64,000 bases of DNA from Puniceicoccaceae bacterium (lineage in GTDB: Bacteria > Verrucomicrobiota > Verrucomicrobiia > Opitutales > Oceanipulchritudinaceae): contig JBFOMH010000017.1 of NCBI GenBank assembly GCA_040830765.1, positions 192,001 to 256,000 on the forward strand, in the 5' to 3' direction. This document shows positions 10,542 to 22,240 of the stretch, in pieces; positions within the stretch are counted from its first letter, which is position 1, and the number at the start of each line of letters is the position of its first letter. Below the pieces are notes generated by a model. It searched no databases. It had not been told where the DNA came from and worked only from the letters and a program-made list of their open reading frames with translations. Both the position numbers and the translations under genes were made by a program.

Positions 10542-12818
10542 ATGAAGAACAAATCCACAATCGCCAATATCCTCAGGACAGTCGCTGTGCCCGTCCTGTT
10601 GATGCTTGCCACGGTGGCCTCTGTCGAGGCAGATACCCTGACCTATGAAGGCTTTGACATTACCCCGGGAGAGCTTGACAACACCATCGGGGAAACCAGC
10701 TGGGGCTGGGGAAAGATTATCGGCATTTACGACAAGACCTGGTGGGCATGGGACCAGGTTAATAATGATTTCTTCCACGCCATCAGCGATGGTGGTCTGG
10801 AGTATCCCGGCCTGCCTTCCAAGGGGAACGCTTTCGAGTTCACCCTCGAGACCCCGAATGCCGACTACAACAAGGTCTACCGGGAATTGAACAAGTTTTA
10901 TTCCTACGCCTCGACCGGGCAACTCTGGTTCAGTGCCATCGTCAAACCGAAGATTGACGGGGACCCGACCGGGTACGGTTGGTTTCAGGTCTGTCTTTCC
11001 AGCTTCCACAATGCGGTATACTTCGGCGTCTCCAATTCCGATGACCAGACGGTATGGTCCGGCGGTGGCGAACGCATGTACATCCGCACGGATGAGAATC
11101 CTGACGGAATCCAGGGTGCGAAATGGGCCTACAGCGAAGTCCCGATCGAGGATGGTGTGGAAGCCTTCCTGGTCATGCACCTCGATTTCGACAACAAACT
11201 GGCTCACTTCTACGTCAATCCTCCAGTGGATACTGAGGACCCCGGAGAGCCGGTGGCCGACTTTGTCATGCTAACGGACCTGTACGTCGATAAGGTGATG
11301 ATGTGGATCAACAACAATGGGCCCTCCATTGAAGGTCCCGGGGCGGACTACATCGGTACGCAGGTGGACGAAATCCGCCTGGGTGATACCTATGCCTCCG
11401 TGGCCGCTGGTGCCGACCTGACCGATCCCGGAGGAGGCGAAGTGGATGTTGACCCGCCCGTGATCACCGGACCTACCGGTGAACCGGGAGCGGCTACGTC
11501 CTCGGTTTCGATCCCGGAGAATGTCGTCAAGGCAGCCACCATGGAAGCTGATGAGACCGTTACCTGGTCCATTTCCGGTGGGGCGGATGCCGACTTCTTT
11601 ACCATTGGTTCCGGAACTGGTGGACTCAGCTTCAAGGTATTTGCCGACTTTGAAACCCCGCTCGATGCAGATGGCAACAACGAGTATGTCGTCACCGTCC
11701 AGGCGATGGATGAAGCCGGGAACACTTCCACCCAGGATGTCCTCGTCAGTGTCACCGACATTGTCGATGAAATTCCACCAGTTGTCACGGGCCTTTCCGG
11801 TGCTCCGGGGGATCCGGAGACATCCGCCAGCGTCAATGAGAACACAGTCCTCGTCGGGACTTATACTGCTGACAAGACCGTGACCTGGGATCTCTCGGGT
11901 GGCATGGACAGGTCATTTTTCCAGATCGGGGCGGAAACAGGCGAATTGAGCTTCCTGGCAGCGCCTGACTTCGAGGATCCGGTCGACGACGGAGCAGACA
12001 ACATCTATGAAGTCGAGGTCCGGGCCCGGGATGAATCGCTAAACGCCGGTATCCAGCTGGTCTTCGTTACGGTTCTGGACGTCAATGAAGACGGGGATTT
12101 GACTCCGCCTGTCATTACCGGTTTCTCGGGCAGTGCAGGGGATGCGGCATCCTCCGCCAGCATCGATGAGAATACTACGGATGTCGGATCCCTGACCGCT
12201 GACGAGGAGGTGACCTGGCTCATTTCCGGTGGCGCCGACAGTGCTGCCTTCGAGCTCGATATCAGCTCGGGTGCACTTGCATTCCTATCCGCCCCCGACT
12301 TTGAAGAACCCGGGGATGCGGACATGAACAATGATTATGTGGTCGAAGTCGAGGCCACCGATACCTCCGGAAATGCCTCAACCCATACCGTCACCGTGAC
12401 GGTCCTTGATGTTGAGGAAATCGTCACTTGGGGATTCTGGACACCAGACGACCTTGGCTGGATCGACACCAATGCCGATGGAGGGCTCTTCATGGGCTGG
12501 GTCAATGTCCACCAGCAGCCATGGGTCTGGGTCATCGCAATGAACAAGTACATCTACATGCCCGACGGTTTCATCTCGGATTCCGGTTCATGGAGCTACA
12601 CACCGGCCACACTGGACAATCCGGTTCCGGGCGAGTGGGGCTACTGGTCCAAGGCGGAACTGGATTGGGTCGACACCACCGATGGCTTCCTTGGCTGGGT
12701 CAATGTTTTCGACGATCCTTGGATTTTCAGCCAGTCCATGGGCAATTACCTGTATCTCTCACAGGACGCCCTGACCTCGTCGGGTGCCTGGCTCTATGTC
12801 CTGTTGAATAAGCCGTAA
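10542..12818 (+). CDS. Secreted protein with three tandem cadherin-like domains and two C-terminal Trp-rich repeats
   Basis: Signal peptide; three repeats of PPVITG...ENT...DFExPxDxxxxNxYxVxVxAxD...VxVxDV (~11450-12420); two aromatic-rich C-terminal repeats. Confidence 0.8.
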   Translation: MKNKSTIANILRTVAVPVLLMLATVASVEADTLTYEGFDITPGELDNTIGETSWGWGKIIGIYDKTWWAWDQVNNDFFHAISDGGLEYPGLPSKGNAFEFTLETPNADYNKVYRELNKFYSYASTGQLWFSAIVKPKIDGDPTGYGWFQVCLSSFHNAVYFGVSNSDDQTVWSGGGERMYIRTDENPDGIQGAKWAYSEVPIEDGVEAFLVMHLDFDNKLAHFYVNPPVDTEDPGEPVADFVMLTDLYVDKVMMWINNNGPSIEGPGADYIGTQVDEIRLGDTYASVAAGADLTDPGGGEVDVDPPVITGPTGEPGAATSSVSIPENVVKAATMEADETVTWSISGGADADFFTIGSGTGGLSFKVFADFETPLDADGNNEYVVTVQAMDEAGNTSTQDVLVSVTDIVDEIPPVVTGLSGAPGDPETSASVNENTVLVGTYTADKTVTWDLSGGMDRSFFQIGAETGELSFLAAPDFEDPVDDGADNIYEVEVRARDESLNAGIQLVFVTVLDVNEDGDLTPPVITGFSGSAGDAASSASIDENTTDVGSLTADEEVTWLISGGADSAAFELDISSGALAFLSAPDFEEPGDADMNNDYVVEVEATDTSGNASTHTVTVTVLDVEEIVTWGFWTPDDLGWIDTNADGGLFMGWVNVHQQPWVWVIAMNKYIYMPDGFISDSGSWSYTPATLDNPVPGEWGYWSKAELDWVDTTDGFLGWVNVFDDPWIFSQSMGNYLYLSQDALTSSGAWLYVLLNKP

Positions 12819-12853
12819 GCTTCATTGTTCGGCTTGCCCTATCGCTTGTCATC

Positions 12854-15177
<2,324 letters not shown>

Positions 15178-15199
15178 GCAATCGGATAGCCTGTCTTTT

Positions 15200-15946
15200 A
15201 TGAAACGGAATGTCGCGTCCCTGCGGCAGGGCCTGTTGGCGCTAGCCACAACCTGCCTCCTCCTCACTTTTCCCGGTTGCGAGACAACGTCGGAACCAGA
15301 GCCGGAACCGGTTGTCCCGATGTTTGTCGGGCAGTTTCTCAGTTATGAGGAAAGCGGGTTCATGGATGCCCGGACTGGATGGATCTATCCCCAGTCGTTA
15401 CCAGGGGGTCTCTACGCTACCCAGGCCTGGGAATTCGACCGCATGGTTGTTGGTATCGAGTATTCCCATACCGATGGCGTGCCGGAAATATCCAATGTCC
15501 CGCTGCCTGTTCCGGAATCCGCTGTCGAGGGTGGAACCGTCACCATCATGGCGTACCCGGCCGGCTTCCAGTACGGCGATCTGTCCGGAACCCCCGACCT
15601 TGGTCCGGTACCCTATTTCATGGGGCTTGGTCATGGCCATCTCAATTCAATGGACGAATTCTGGGCCTACCATGGTGTCCTTGAAAAGGCCGGTTACAAC
15701 CTCTGGAAGCTGGTCAAGTTAGCGGATGCTGACGCCCCGGGCCGCATCTTTCATTCCTTTCTCGTCTTGCAAAAACTTTCTGAAGAGAAAAGTGAGGGAT
15801 TTGTCGTTACGGTCGGACTGGTCGACGATGTCTACGTCCTCATCGTCAATCGCCGCTATGTTCGCACCAAGGAGGATGTCGACACGTTCGGCGACTGGGC
15901 CTACGATGTCCTGAAGGACATGGGGTTGGTGGCGATAAGCAGTTGA
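15200..15946 (+). CDS. Hypothetical lipoprotein
   Basis: ATG at 15200 gives MKRNVASLRQGLLALATTCLLLTFPGC, a lipobox-like signal, followed by a PEPEP linker. Confidence 0.65.
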   Translation: MKRNVASLRQGLLALATTCLLLTFPGCETTSEPEPEPVVPMFVGQFLSYEESGFMDARTGWIYPQSLPGGLYATQAWEFDRMVVGIEYSHTDGVPEISNVPLPVPESAVEGGTVTIMAYPAGFQYGDLSGTPDLGPVPYFMGLGHGHLNSMDEFWAYHGVLEKAGYNLWKLVKLADADAPGRIFHSFLVLQKLSEEKSEGFVVTVGLVDDVYVLIVNRRYVRTKEDVDTFGDWAYDVLKDMGLVAISS

Positions 15947-15949
15947 GTC

Positions 15950-16540
15950 CTACGCCTCCTCGTAAACATATTGCAGGGTCTGGCTCCAGTCCTTGCCGAT
16001 TTCCCAGTGTTCGTGGATAAGGCTGCCCCCGCTGCCATATTGGTAGGTGATGGTACCAACAGGTTGACCATCCCTTTCGATGGTTCCCCTGGTGCGCTTG
16101 CCCTGGGACTCGAAGGCGAAGCTGATGATGCCGATCAGCCAACCCTTGTAGCCCTCACAAATCATGCGGGCAGCGTTGCCGTTTTCATCGTATTCGTAGC
16201 GGGTGTTACCTTCAGCGCCACTGGAATCGTTGAAGCTCTCATGACTCAATTGGCCATCCGGATTGTAGTGAAAAAGTTCCTCGGAGGTCTGGCCATCGTT
16301 GTACTCGCGCCACTTGCGGACCATGCGGCCCTCGTCGTCAAACTCGTGATGATTTTTTGAGGAGAGATTGCCGGATATCTGTTGGTAGAAGGCCATCGTA
16401 TTGCGGCCCTTCTTGTCGTAGATAAAGCGTGTCGCGGCGAGCTCACCATTGGAATTGGCATAATTTAGACAATAAACCCGTTCCACACCATCATAATAAG
16501 TGTGGTAGTAGGGAACAAGGAGGATAGCCGTTTTGCCCAT
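15950..16540 (-). CDS. Hypothetical protein with YD/RHS-like beta-hairpin repeats
   Basis: Repeated YDxxG-type motifs (IYDKKGR, FDDEGR, YNPDGQ, YDENGN, YGSGGS); start MGKTAILL at 16540. Confidence 0.6.
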   Translation of the reverse strand: MGKTAILLVPYYHTYYDGVERVYCLNYANSNGELAATRFIYDKKGRNTMAFYQQISGNLSSKNHHEFDDEGRMVRKWREYNDGQTSEELFHYNPDGQLSHESFNDSSGAEGNTRYEYDENGNAARMICEGYKGWLIGIISFAFESQGKRTRGTIERDGQPVGTITYQYGSGGSLIHEHWEIGKDWSQTLQYVYEEA

Positions 16541-16611
16541 GGTAGGTGGAGGGCAATCGTGGTGATGGCCGTGCCGGACAGCAACCCTAAATAGTTCGCA
16601 CACGCCCGGCC

Positions 16612-18198
16612 TCAAAGACCCCTGGCCGCGTAAATCCATGGCCAGGTGCTTGAGCCGGTCCAGAACCAGATTCCGGAAGTGTGCCGGGACCAGTAACCTT
16701 GACCGCTTTCGTAAAGGTACATCCAGCCGAGGTCCTCATGGTGGATCCATGGGTATTCGAGACCGTTGAGTGTCCCCCACCAGTTTGAAACGGTGGAACC
16801 ATCCGCTTCCATGGGAGCTGCCTGGAGGGGCTCCGGTAATTGCGGCGAGCGAACATCCATGACCAGGACCAGGTGATCCGAAATGAAGGTGTCCCCGGCC
16901 TCCAAATTCAGTTGCTCGAGAGCAGATGAAGGGAGGACGTCGGTATCGAGGATGAATGCCTTGTCACGGAAGAGGGTGGCGGGATCAAAAAGAATGAAGT
17001 CCAGGCGGCTGGAGCCCCAGAAGGAACCGAGGCTACCCCAGGTGTATTGGTCATACTCATACAAATGGCGGGGACTGGCCATCTCCAGGGGAACCAGGGA
17101 GGTCGTCAGGTCGATCAGTTCGGGGGCACGCCCACCGGAGTTCAAGTCACCACCAATGATCAGTGACTGGGGGAATGACGTGGTATCCTGAAGCCGGGTC
17201 CCCAGCAATTGAATCAGGTTGGCGGCCTCGTTGACCCGGCCAGACTCGTTCTCGCAACAAGGGAAGTGGTTGTTGGCGATCAGCAGGTCCGCCCCGATGG
17301 CTTCGCCGGTCAGGTGGCGGCTGACGATATTGCCATTGGAAGGCCAACTGTTCTCTATGGGAAAACGGCTCAGGGTGATGCAGTCATGCATGCGGGCGAT
17401 TTCCCACTGCTGGTCCGAGGCGGTTTGCAGGTTGTCCTGAAAATAACGTAGCAGAAGAGCCGTGGAGACATCGTAGAATTCCTGGAAGAGGACAATGTCC
17501 GGGTTCAGGGCCTCGAGGATGCGCAGGAAGGCAGCTTGGTTGTCCGACTTGAATGGGGCGTCGCGTAACACATTCCAGCTGACGATGCGGATGGCGCGGG
17601 GATCCTTGAAGGGATCAATCGGCATCGGCTGGACAGACAACGGCCCTTCAAGTGTGTAGGAAAACGCGGAACCTGAATCCGGGACACGATCCCGGCTGTT
17701 CTCCTCCTTGAGGATAATGTGAACAGGGTCCCGCGTCTGGGCAGCTGGAAGCGCTTCCAGACTGATGGCAATTTCATGAATGGTGGCGGATGCGTCAGGG
17801 GCAATGCGCTCGACCAGATTGCCCCGGCCGATGTCTCCCCGAGAGGTCAGCGTGCTGGTCCCCCGGTTACGGTCGAAGTCCCAGATGAAATCCATCCCGC
17901 GGCCACTGTCGGGAAATCCCGTCGCTGGATTGTCATCGGCGTCAATCAACAGGGTCAGGTCGGCGGTTCGCAGGTTAACCGGTGCGGAAAACTCCACCAG
18001 CAGGTAAAGGTTGTAGGCGTCATTGGTGGCGCTGACCCTGACAAAATCGGGTCCGGCGAGCAGGGTGTCGCTCGTGGCATCAGTCAAGGTGCTGGCATCG
18101 ATAGGCCAGTCGTCCTCAAGGCCATCGACGAGGGTCCCGTTTAACTCGCCCACTGCGAAAAGAACCAATGGAAGGATCAGCTGGTGCAGATTACCCAT
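16612..18198 (-). CDS. Secreted endonuclease/exonuclease/phosphatase (EEP) family protein with C-terminal Trp-rich domain
   Basis: EEP motifs RIVSWNV, PDIVLFQE, IGGDLN, RLDFI and SDH; hydrophobic N-terminus; C-terminal YPWIHHEDLGWMY. Confidence 0.8.
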   Translation of the reverse strand: MGNLHQLILPLVLFAVGELNGTLVDGLEDDWPIDASTLTDATSDTLLAGPDFVRVSATNDAYNLYLLVEFSAPVNLRTADLTLLIDADDNPATGFPDSGRGMDFIWDFDRNRGTSTLTSRGDIGRGNLVERIAPDASATIHEIAISLEALPAAQTRDPVHIILKEENSRDRVPDSGSAFSYTLEGPLSVQPMPIDPFKDPRAIRIVSWNVLRDAPFKSDNQAAFLRILEALNPDIVLFQEFYDVSTALLLRYFQDNLQTASDQQWEIARMHDCITLSRFPIENSWPSNGNIVSRHLTGEAIGADLLIANNHFPCCENESGRVNEAANLIQLLGTRLQDTTSFPQSLIIGGDLNSGGRAPELIDLTTSLVPLEMASPRHLYEYDQYTWGSLGSFWGSSRLDFILFDPATLFRDKAFILDTDVLPSSALEQLNLEAGDTFISDHLVLVMDVRSPQLPEPLQAAPMEADGSTVSNWWGTLNGLEYPWIHHEDLGWMYLYESGQGYWSRHTSGIWFWTGSSTWPWIYAARGL

Positions 18199-18255
18199 GA
18201 CAGGTCCAGCTGGACTTTTCGTTTTGTTGGCAAACAGCCTCACCGCAACCTTACC

Positions 18256-19215
18256 TCAGGGCCAGATTTTGAGGGACTGGAGGAAGAAGGATTCCATGGC
18301 GGCATCATCCCTCATGTTTAGGGCCAGCAGCCCTGTGGTGGATTCCAATGCGGCCACGGCCCTGGCCAGGAGGCCGGCCGGGAAGGGGACGTGATGGCTC
18401 AGCTCAATCGCCGCCAGACGGGTGTTTTCCTCGACCTCGATCAGCAACTTGTCTCGGATGCCTTTCTTCAGTCCTACTTTGAGGGCTTCAATCTCCTCGT
18501 CGGTAATTGTGTCCGGAAGGGTTTCCTCCTGAAGTTTCCAGGCTGTTTCCGACTCCGCCTCCACTTGCTGGACGAAGCGGGTCACCAATCCGTAGGCTTG
18601 CAGGATGGCGCGGTCAGGATGACCGCGGGCTTCCTGAGGTTCCCGGTGCAGCCACTGGATCCAGTGACGGTAATCTTCCAGCCAGGTTGTCCATTCGGGG
18701 GAGTCGCCCGTGCGAAGAGTGGAGGGAATCTTGAACTGGAAACAACGGGAGCGAATGGTCTCCATCAATTCATAGGGACGCGTGCTCAGGAGGAGGATAA
18801 TGGTCTGCGGTGGCGGTTCCTCGAGGGTCTTGAGGAAGGCATTGGCTGCGGCGGGATTCATCCGATCGGCCTCGTAGACCACGGCGACCTTGTAACCGCC
18901 CTGGTTAGAGGTCTGGTTGAGTTCGCGAATAAGCAGCCGCATGGTATTGGGCAGCTCCTTGTTGCGCTCACCGACCTTGATGAAGCGGGCCTTGCCGGCC
19001 GGGCGAAGGGTGAAGAAGTCCGGGTGGTGGGCCGGATCGGGAGTGTTGTCGAGCAAAGCCCCGGCGATCGCATGGGCAACTTTCTCCAGGGAAGCGAGGT
19101 CCTCCCCTTTGAGGAGGATGGCATGGGCGAGGCGGCCTTTCTCGAGGTTGGCTTCCAGCGTCTGGACCGGACGCAACGAGCGCAGGCTGGCGGGCAATGA
19201 ACTCAGGCCGGGCAT
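18256..19215 (-). CDS. holB: DNA polymerase III delta-prime subunit
   Basis: RLAHAILL, HPDF, EADRMNPAAANAFLKTLEEPP and TIRSRC motifs; lies directly after tmk, the canonical tmk-holB order. Confidence 0.85.
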   Translation of the reverse strand: MPGLSSLPASLRSLRPVQTLEANLEKGRLAHAILLKGEDLASLEKVAHAIAGALLDNTPDPAHHPDFFTLRPAGKARFIKVGERNKELPNTMRLLIRELNQTSNQGGYKVAVVYEADRMNPAAANAFLKTLEEPPPQTIILLLSTRPYELMETIRSRCFQFKIPSTLRTGDSPEWTTWLEDYRHWIQWLHREPQEARGHPDRAILQAYGLVTRFVQQVEAESETAWKLQEETLPDTITDEEIEALKVGLKKGIRDKLLIEVEENTRLAAIELSHHVPFPAGLLARAVAALESTTGLLALNMRDDAAMESFFLQSLKIWP

Positions 19216-19216
19216 G

Positions 19217-19870
19217 CTAGATGACGCGCTGGCGGAGTTCCTTCCAGATCTTGTTTTCCAACTCGACGCGCGGCAGCTCACCATCAACGACGATAAAGCG
19301 TTCCGGCATCGCCTTGGCCAGCATGAGATAGCCGTTGCGAACCTTCTGGTAGAACTCGATGTTCTCTTCCTCCATCCGGTCAGGCAGGTCATTGGCCCGG
19401 TGCTTGATGCGGGCCAGTCCGACTTCCGCGTCGAGGTCGATGACCACGGTGACGTCGGGAGTCATGTCACCAACGGCAAAGGTGTTGATGAAATGGACCG
19501 GCTCCGACTGGATGTTGCGGGCCACTCCCTGGTAGACGGTAGTGGAATCCATGAAGCGGTCGCAGAGGACAATTTTCCCCTCCTCGACGGCTGGCAGAAT
19601 GACTTCGCGGACGAGCTGGGCACGGCTGGCGGCGAAGAGCAGGAGCTCCGTTTCCGGAATCATGTTATCGCTCTCCGAGGCATGCATGAGAATGTGCCGG
19701 ATTTCCTCACCAATCGGCGTGCCGCCCGGTTCTCGGGTCACTACCACCTCGTAGCCGGCATCCTCGAAGCGATCCGCGATGCGGCTGATCTGGGTGGACT
19801 TGCCGCTTCCCTCCGAGCCCTCGAAGGTAATCAGGAATCCGCGTGTGTCATCGTTCTCAGTCATGGTCAC
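19217..19870 (-). CDS. tmk: Thymidylate (dTMP) kinase
   Basis: ITFEGSEGSGKSTQ, TREPGGT, LLFAASRAQ and CDRFMDSTTVYQG motifs. Confidence 0.95.
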   Translation of the reverse strand: MTMTENDDTRGFLITFEGSEGSGKSTQISRIADRFEDAGYEVVVTREPGGTPIGEEIRHILMHASESDNMIPETELLLFAASRAQLVREVILPAVEEGKIVLCDRFMDSTTVYQGVARNIQSEPVHFINTFAVGDMTPDVTVVIDLDAEVGLARIKHRANDLPDRMEEENIEFYQKVRNGYLMLAKAMPERFIVVDGELPRVELENKIWKELRQRVI

Positions 19871-19872
19871 AA

Positions 19873-21000
19873 TTAATCAGATAAAGCGCCTGAGGTCCAG
19901 CTTTCGATGAAGCGTGCGGTTTCGCTCAGGGAGGGGCTGCGGCCGGTCCGGACATACTGGCCGCTGGTGGCGACGGCCACCGCGAGGCAGCTCTCCGGAG
20001 AGAGTCCGAGGACCTCCGCGGCCGAGAAACCGGCATTGAAATGGTCCCCCGCTCCGGTGGAGATTTTCGGGTTCTTGCAGAAGGGTCCCTCGACCCACCA
20101 ACTGCCATCCTTGGTGGCACAGGCCGCGCCCTCACGTGGATGGATAACGACACAGGAAAGGTTGAGGGCATTGCGGATCCGGGTGGCTTCCGCCTTCAAG
20201 GCGTCCCCGTCACTGCCGGGTGTTTCCAGGCCGAGAACCTCAGAGACCTGCCGTGCCTCGGACCTGTTCAAGCCAAGGGTGACAAAGCCATGCGACCGAA
20301 ATCGCGAGATGACCGAAAGGACTTCCTTCAAGTCACTTTTGGAACGCTTGGCCGGATCGGTCAGGTCAAAGTAGAAGTAGCGTCCGGATTCCTTGGGGCC
20401 GAGGTTGGGGAAGACCCGCACCAGGAGGTCCTCAAAGAGGGCGGTCATGTTTGGAATCATGGTCCAGTTGACCATTGAGATGAGGTCCGCACTGTCGACG
20501 ACGTCAAGAAACGCGCCTTCACCCATGGTATCGAGGATGCGCTGGTAGGTCACATCGTCCAGGCCCTTCATGGACCCGAACATGATCTTGCCGTCATCAA
20601 ACTCCACCGCATGGGTGATGCCCGGATCGGCAATACTGGAGGCATGGTTTTTCTCGGCGAATTCCTGGAAGACCTCGTGAACCGGCAGTCCTAGCGCTCC
20701 GATATAGGAGACCTTGAGGCCTTCCGAAGCCAGCGCATTGGCCATGATAGGACCGTTGCCACCAAGCTTCTGGTAATCCTCGTAAAGTTCAATGTTGGCC
20801 GAGTGACCGGCGGCATCAAGAATCCGTTGGCCGAAGGCTTCAATGGTTGGAATGGGCTCGAAATCCTTGCCCTGGCCGTAACGGTTGCCTACCGGGCGGA
20901 TGATCTTGTCCACGAAGCCGTCAAATCCGACGAGGGCTTCCTTGGTGCCGGCCGCCGCCATCTTCTCGGTCAGTTCCTGTAATACTTTTTCTACGTTCAT
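19873..21000 (-). CDS. PfkB/ribokinase-like carbohydrate kinase
   Basis: GGNGPIMANAL motif and the C-terminal anion-hole motif STGAGDHFNAG. Confidence 0.8.
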   Translation of the reverse strand: MNVEKVLQELTEKMAAAGTKEALVGFDGFVDKIIRPVGNRYGQGKDFEPIPTIEAFGQRILDAAGHSANIELYEDYQKLGGNGPIMANALASEGLKVSYIGALGLPVHEVFQEFAEKNHASSIADPGITHAVEFDDGKIMFGSMKGLDDVTYQRILDTMGEGAFLDVVDSADLISMVNWTMIPNMTALFEDLLVRVFPNLGPKESGRYFYFDLTDPAKRSKSDLKEVLSVISRFRSHGFVTLGLNRSEARQVSEVLGLETPGSDGDALKAEATRIRNALNLSCVVIHPREGAACATKDGSWWVEGPFCKNPKISTGAGDHFNAGFSAAEVLGLSPESCLAVAVATSGQYVRTGRSPSLSETARFIESWTSGALSD

Positions 21001-21128
21001 GATTAGCTAAGGGAAATGGGATTTGAATACCAAAGGTTTTCCGTGGCGATAGGCTTGTCGAGAAAAATGCAGGTTGCCCGGACTTTTCCATTGCCGCGCA
21101 GGGGAGTGGGGCAATTATTCAGGAACGC

Positions 21129-21812
21129 ATGTTTAGTATGGATTTGGTAACGGCTTCCCTCGATCTTCCCTCGCTTGCCTTGTTGCAGGCATTTTCCCAA
21201 TCCAACCTGGCCGGCAAGGCAATCGTCTGCCTGCTTCTTATTTTCAGTCTGCTTGCCTGGACGGTGATGGTCGGCAAGTACCTTGAACTGGCCAAGTTCC
21301 GGGACCAGAACCGCTCCTTCCAGCGGCGACTCGATGCCACGGACCGGATCCTCCAGATTGATCCCCAGTTGCCGGGCGCGATGGGCCCCTACGCCCACCT
21401 CGGCCGGGAAGCGCTCACCACTTATCATGGCAGTGCTCGAAGCAATCATGCTATCGGGCATGTCGAAAACGCCATTCAGCGGGCTGTCTCGTGGTCCCTG
21501 CTGCGTTACGAAAGCCGTATGACCCTGCTTGGTTCGATTGTTTCAGGCGCTCCTTTTCTTGGTCTCCTGGGAACGGTCTGGGGCGTCATGGATGCCTTTG
21601 GCTCCATATCGGGATCGGAGGGGGCCAGTATTGCCACCCTCGCTCCGGGCGTCTCCGGTGCACTCCTGACGACCGTCGCCGGCCTCCTGGTGGCCATCCC
21701 TTCCGTTTTCGGGTACAATTACCTCCTTACCCAGGTCAAGCTGCAGATCACCGACCTGGAGAACTTCGCCAGCACCTTGGCGGACCGCGTTGAACTGGAA
21801 GCCAACGACTGA
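21129..21812 (+). CDS. MotA/TolQ/ExbB proton channel protein
   Basis: APFLGLLGTVWGVM and LAPGVSGALLTTVAGLLVAIP motifs. Confidence 0.92.
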   Translation: MFSMDLVTASLDLPSLALLQAFSQSNLAGKAIVCLLLIFSLLAWTVMVGKYLELAKFRDQNRSFQRRLDATDRILQIDPQLPGAMGPYAHLGREALTTYHGSARSNHAIGHVENAIQRAVSWSLLRYESRMTLLGSIVSGAPFLGLLGTVWGVMDAFGSISGSEGASIATLAPGVSGALLTTVAGLLVAIPSVFGYNYLLTQVKLQITDLENFASTLADRVELEAND

Positions 21813-21817
21813 TTTCC

Positions 21818-22231
21818 ATGGCCCGTTCCTTCCATCGCAGCAAGCCGCTGTCGGCGATGTCCGAGCTCAACGTCACTCCGTTGATCGACCTCGCCTTTGC
21901 CTTGCTGATAATCTTCATGATCACCGCCCCGTTGCTGCAGCAGACCATTGATATTCAGGTCCCCACGGAATCCGCCCGCCCCCAGCCACAGGACCGGGAA
22001 GAGCCCCTGATGCTCTCCATTGATCCCAGCGGGCAGTTTTTCTGGGGAACGGATGCCGTCAGTGACAACGAGATGAAGTCCCGCCTGGCCCTTATGGCGG
22101 ATACCGACGAACCGCCGGTGGTCCAAATCCGGGCTGATTCGCAATTGCCTTACCAGCGGGTGGTCGACCTGCTGGACCTCGTCAAGGGGGCCGGGTTAAG
22201 CAAGATCAGCCTCGAAACCAAGGCCCGATAG
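21818..22231 (+). CDS. ExbD/TolR biopolymer transport protein
   Basis: ELNVTPLIDLAFALLIIFMITAP and IRAD...Y motifs. Confidence 0.92.
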   Translation: MARSFHRSKPLSAMSELNVTPLIDLAFALLIIFMITAPLLQQTIDIQVPTESARPQPQDREEPLMLSIDPSGQFFWGTDAVSDNEMKSRLALMADTDEPPVVQIRADSQLPYQRVVDLLDLVKGAGLSKISLETKAR

Positions 22232-22240
22232 GGAAAGGCC

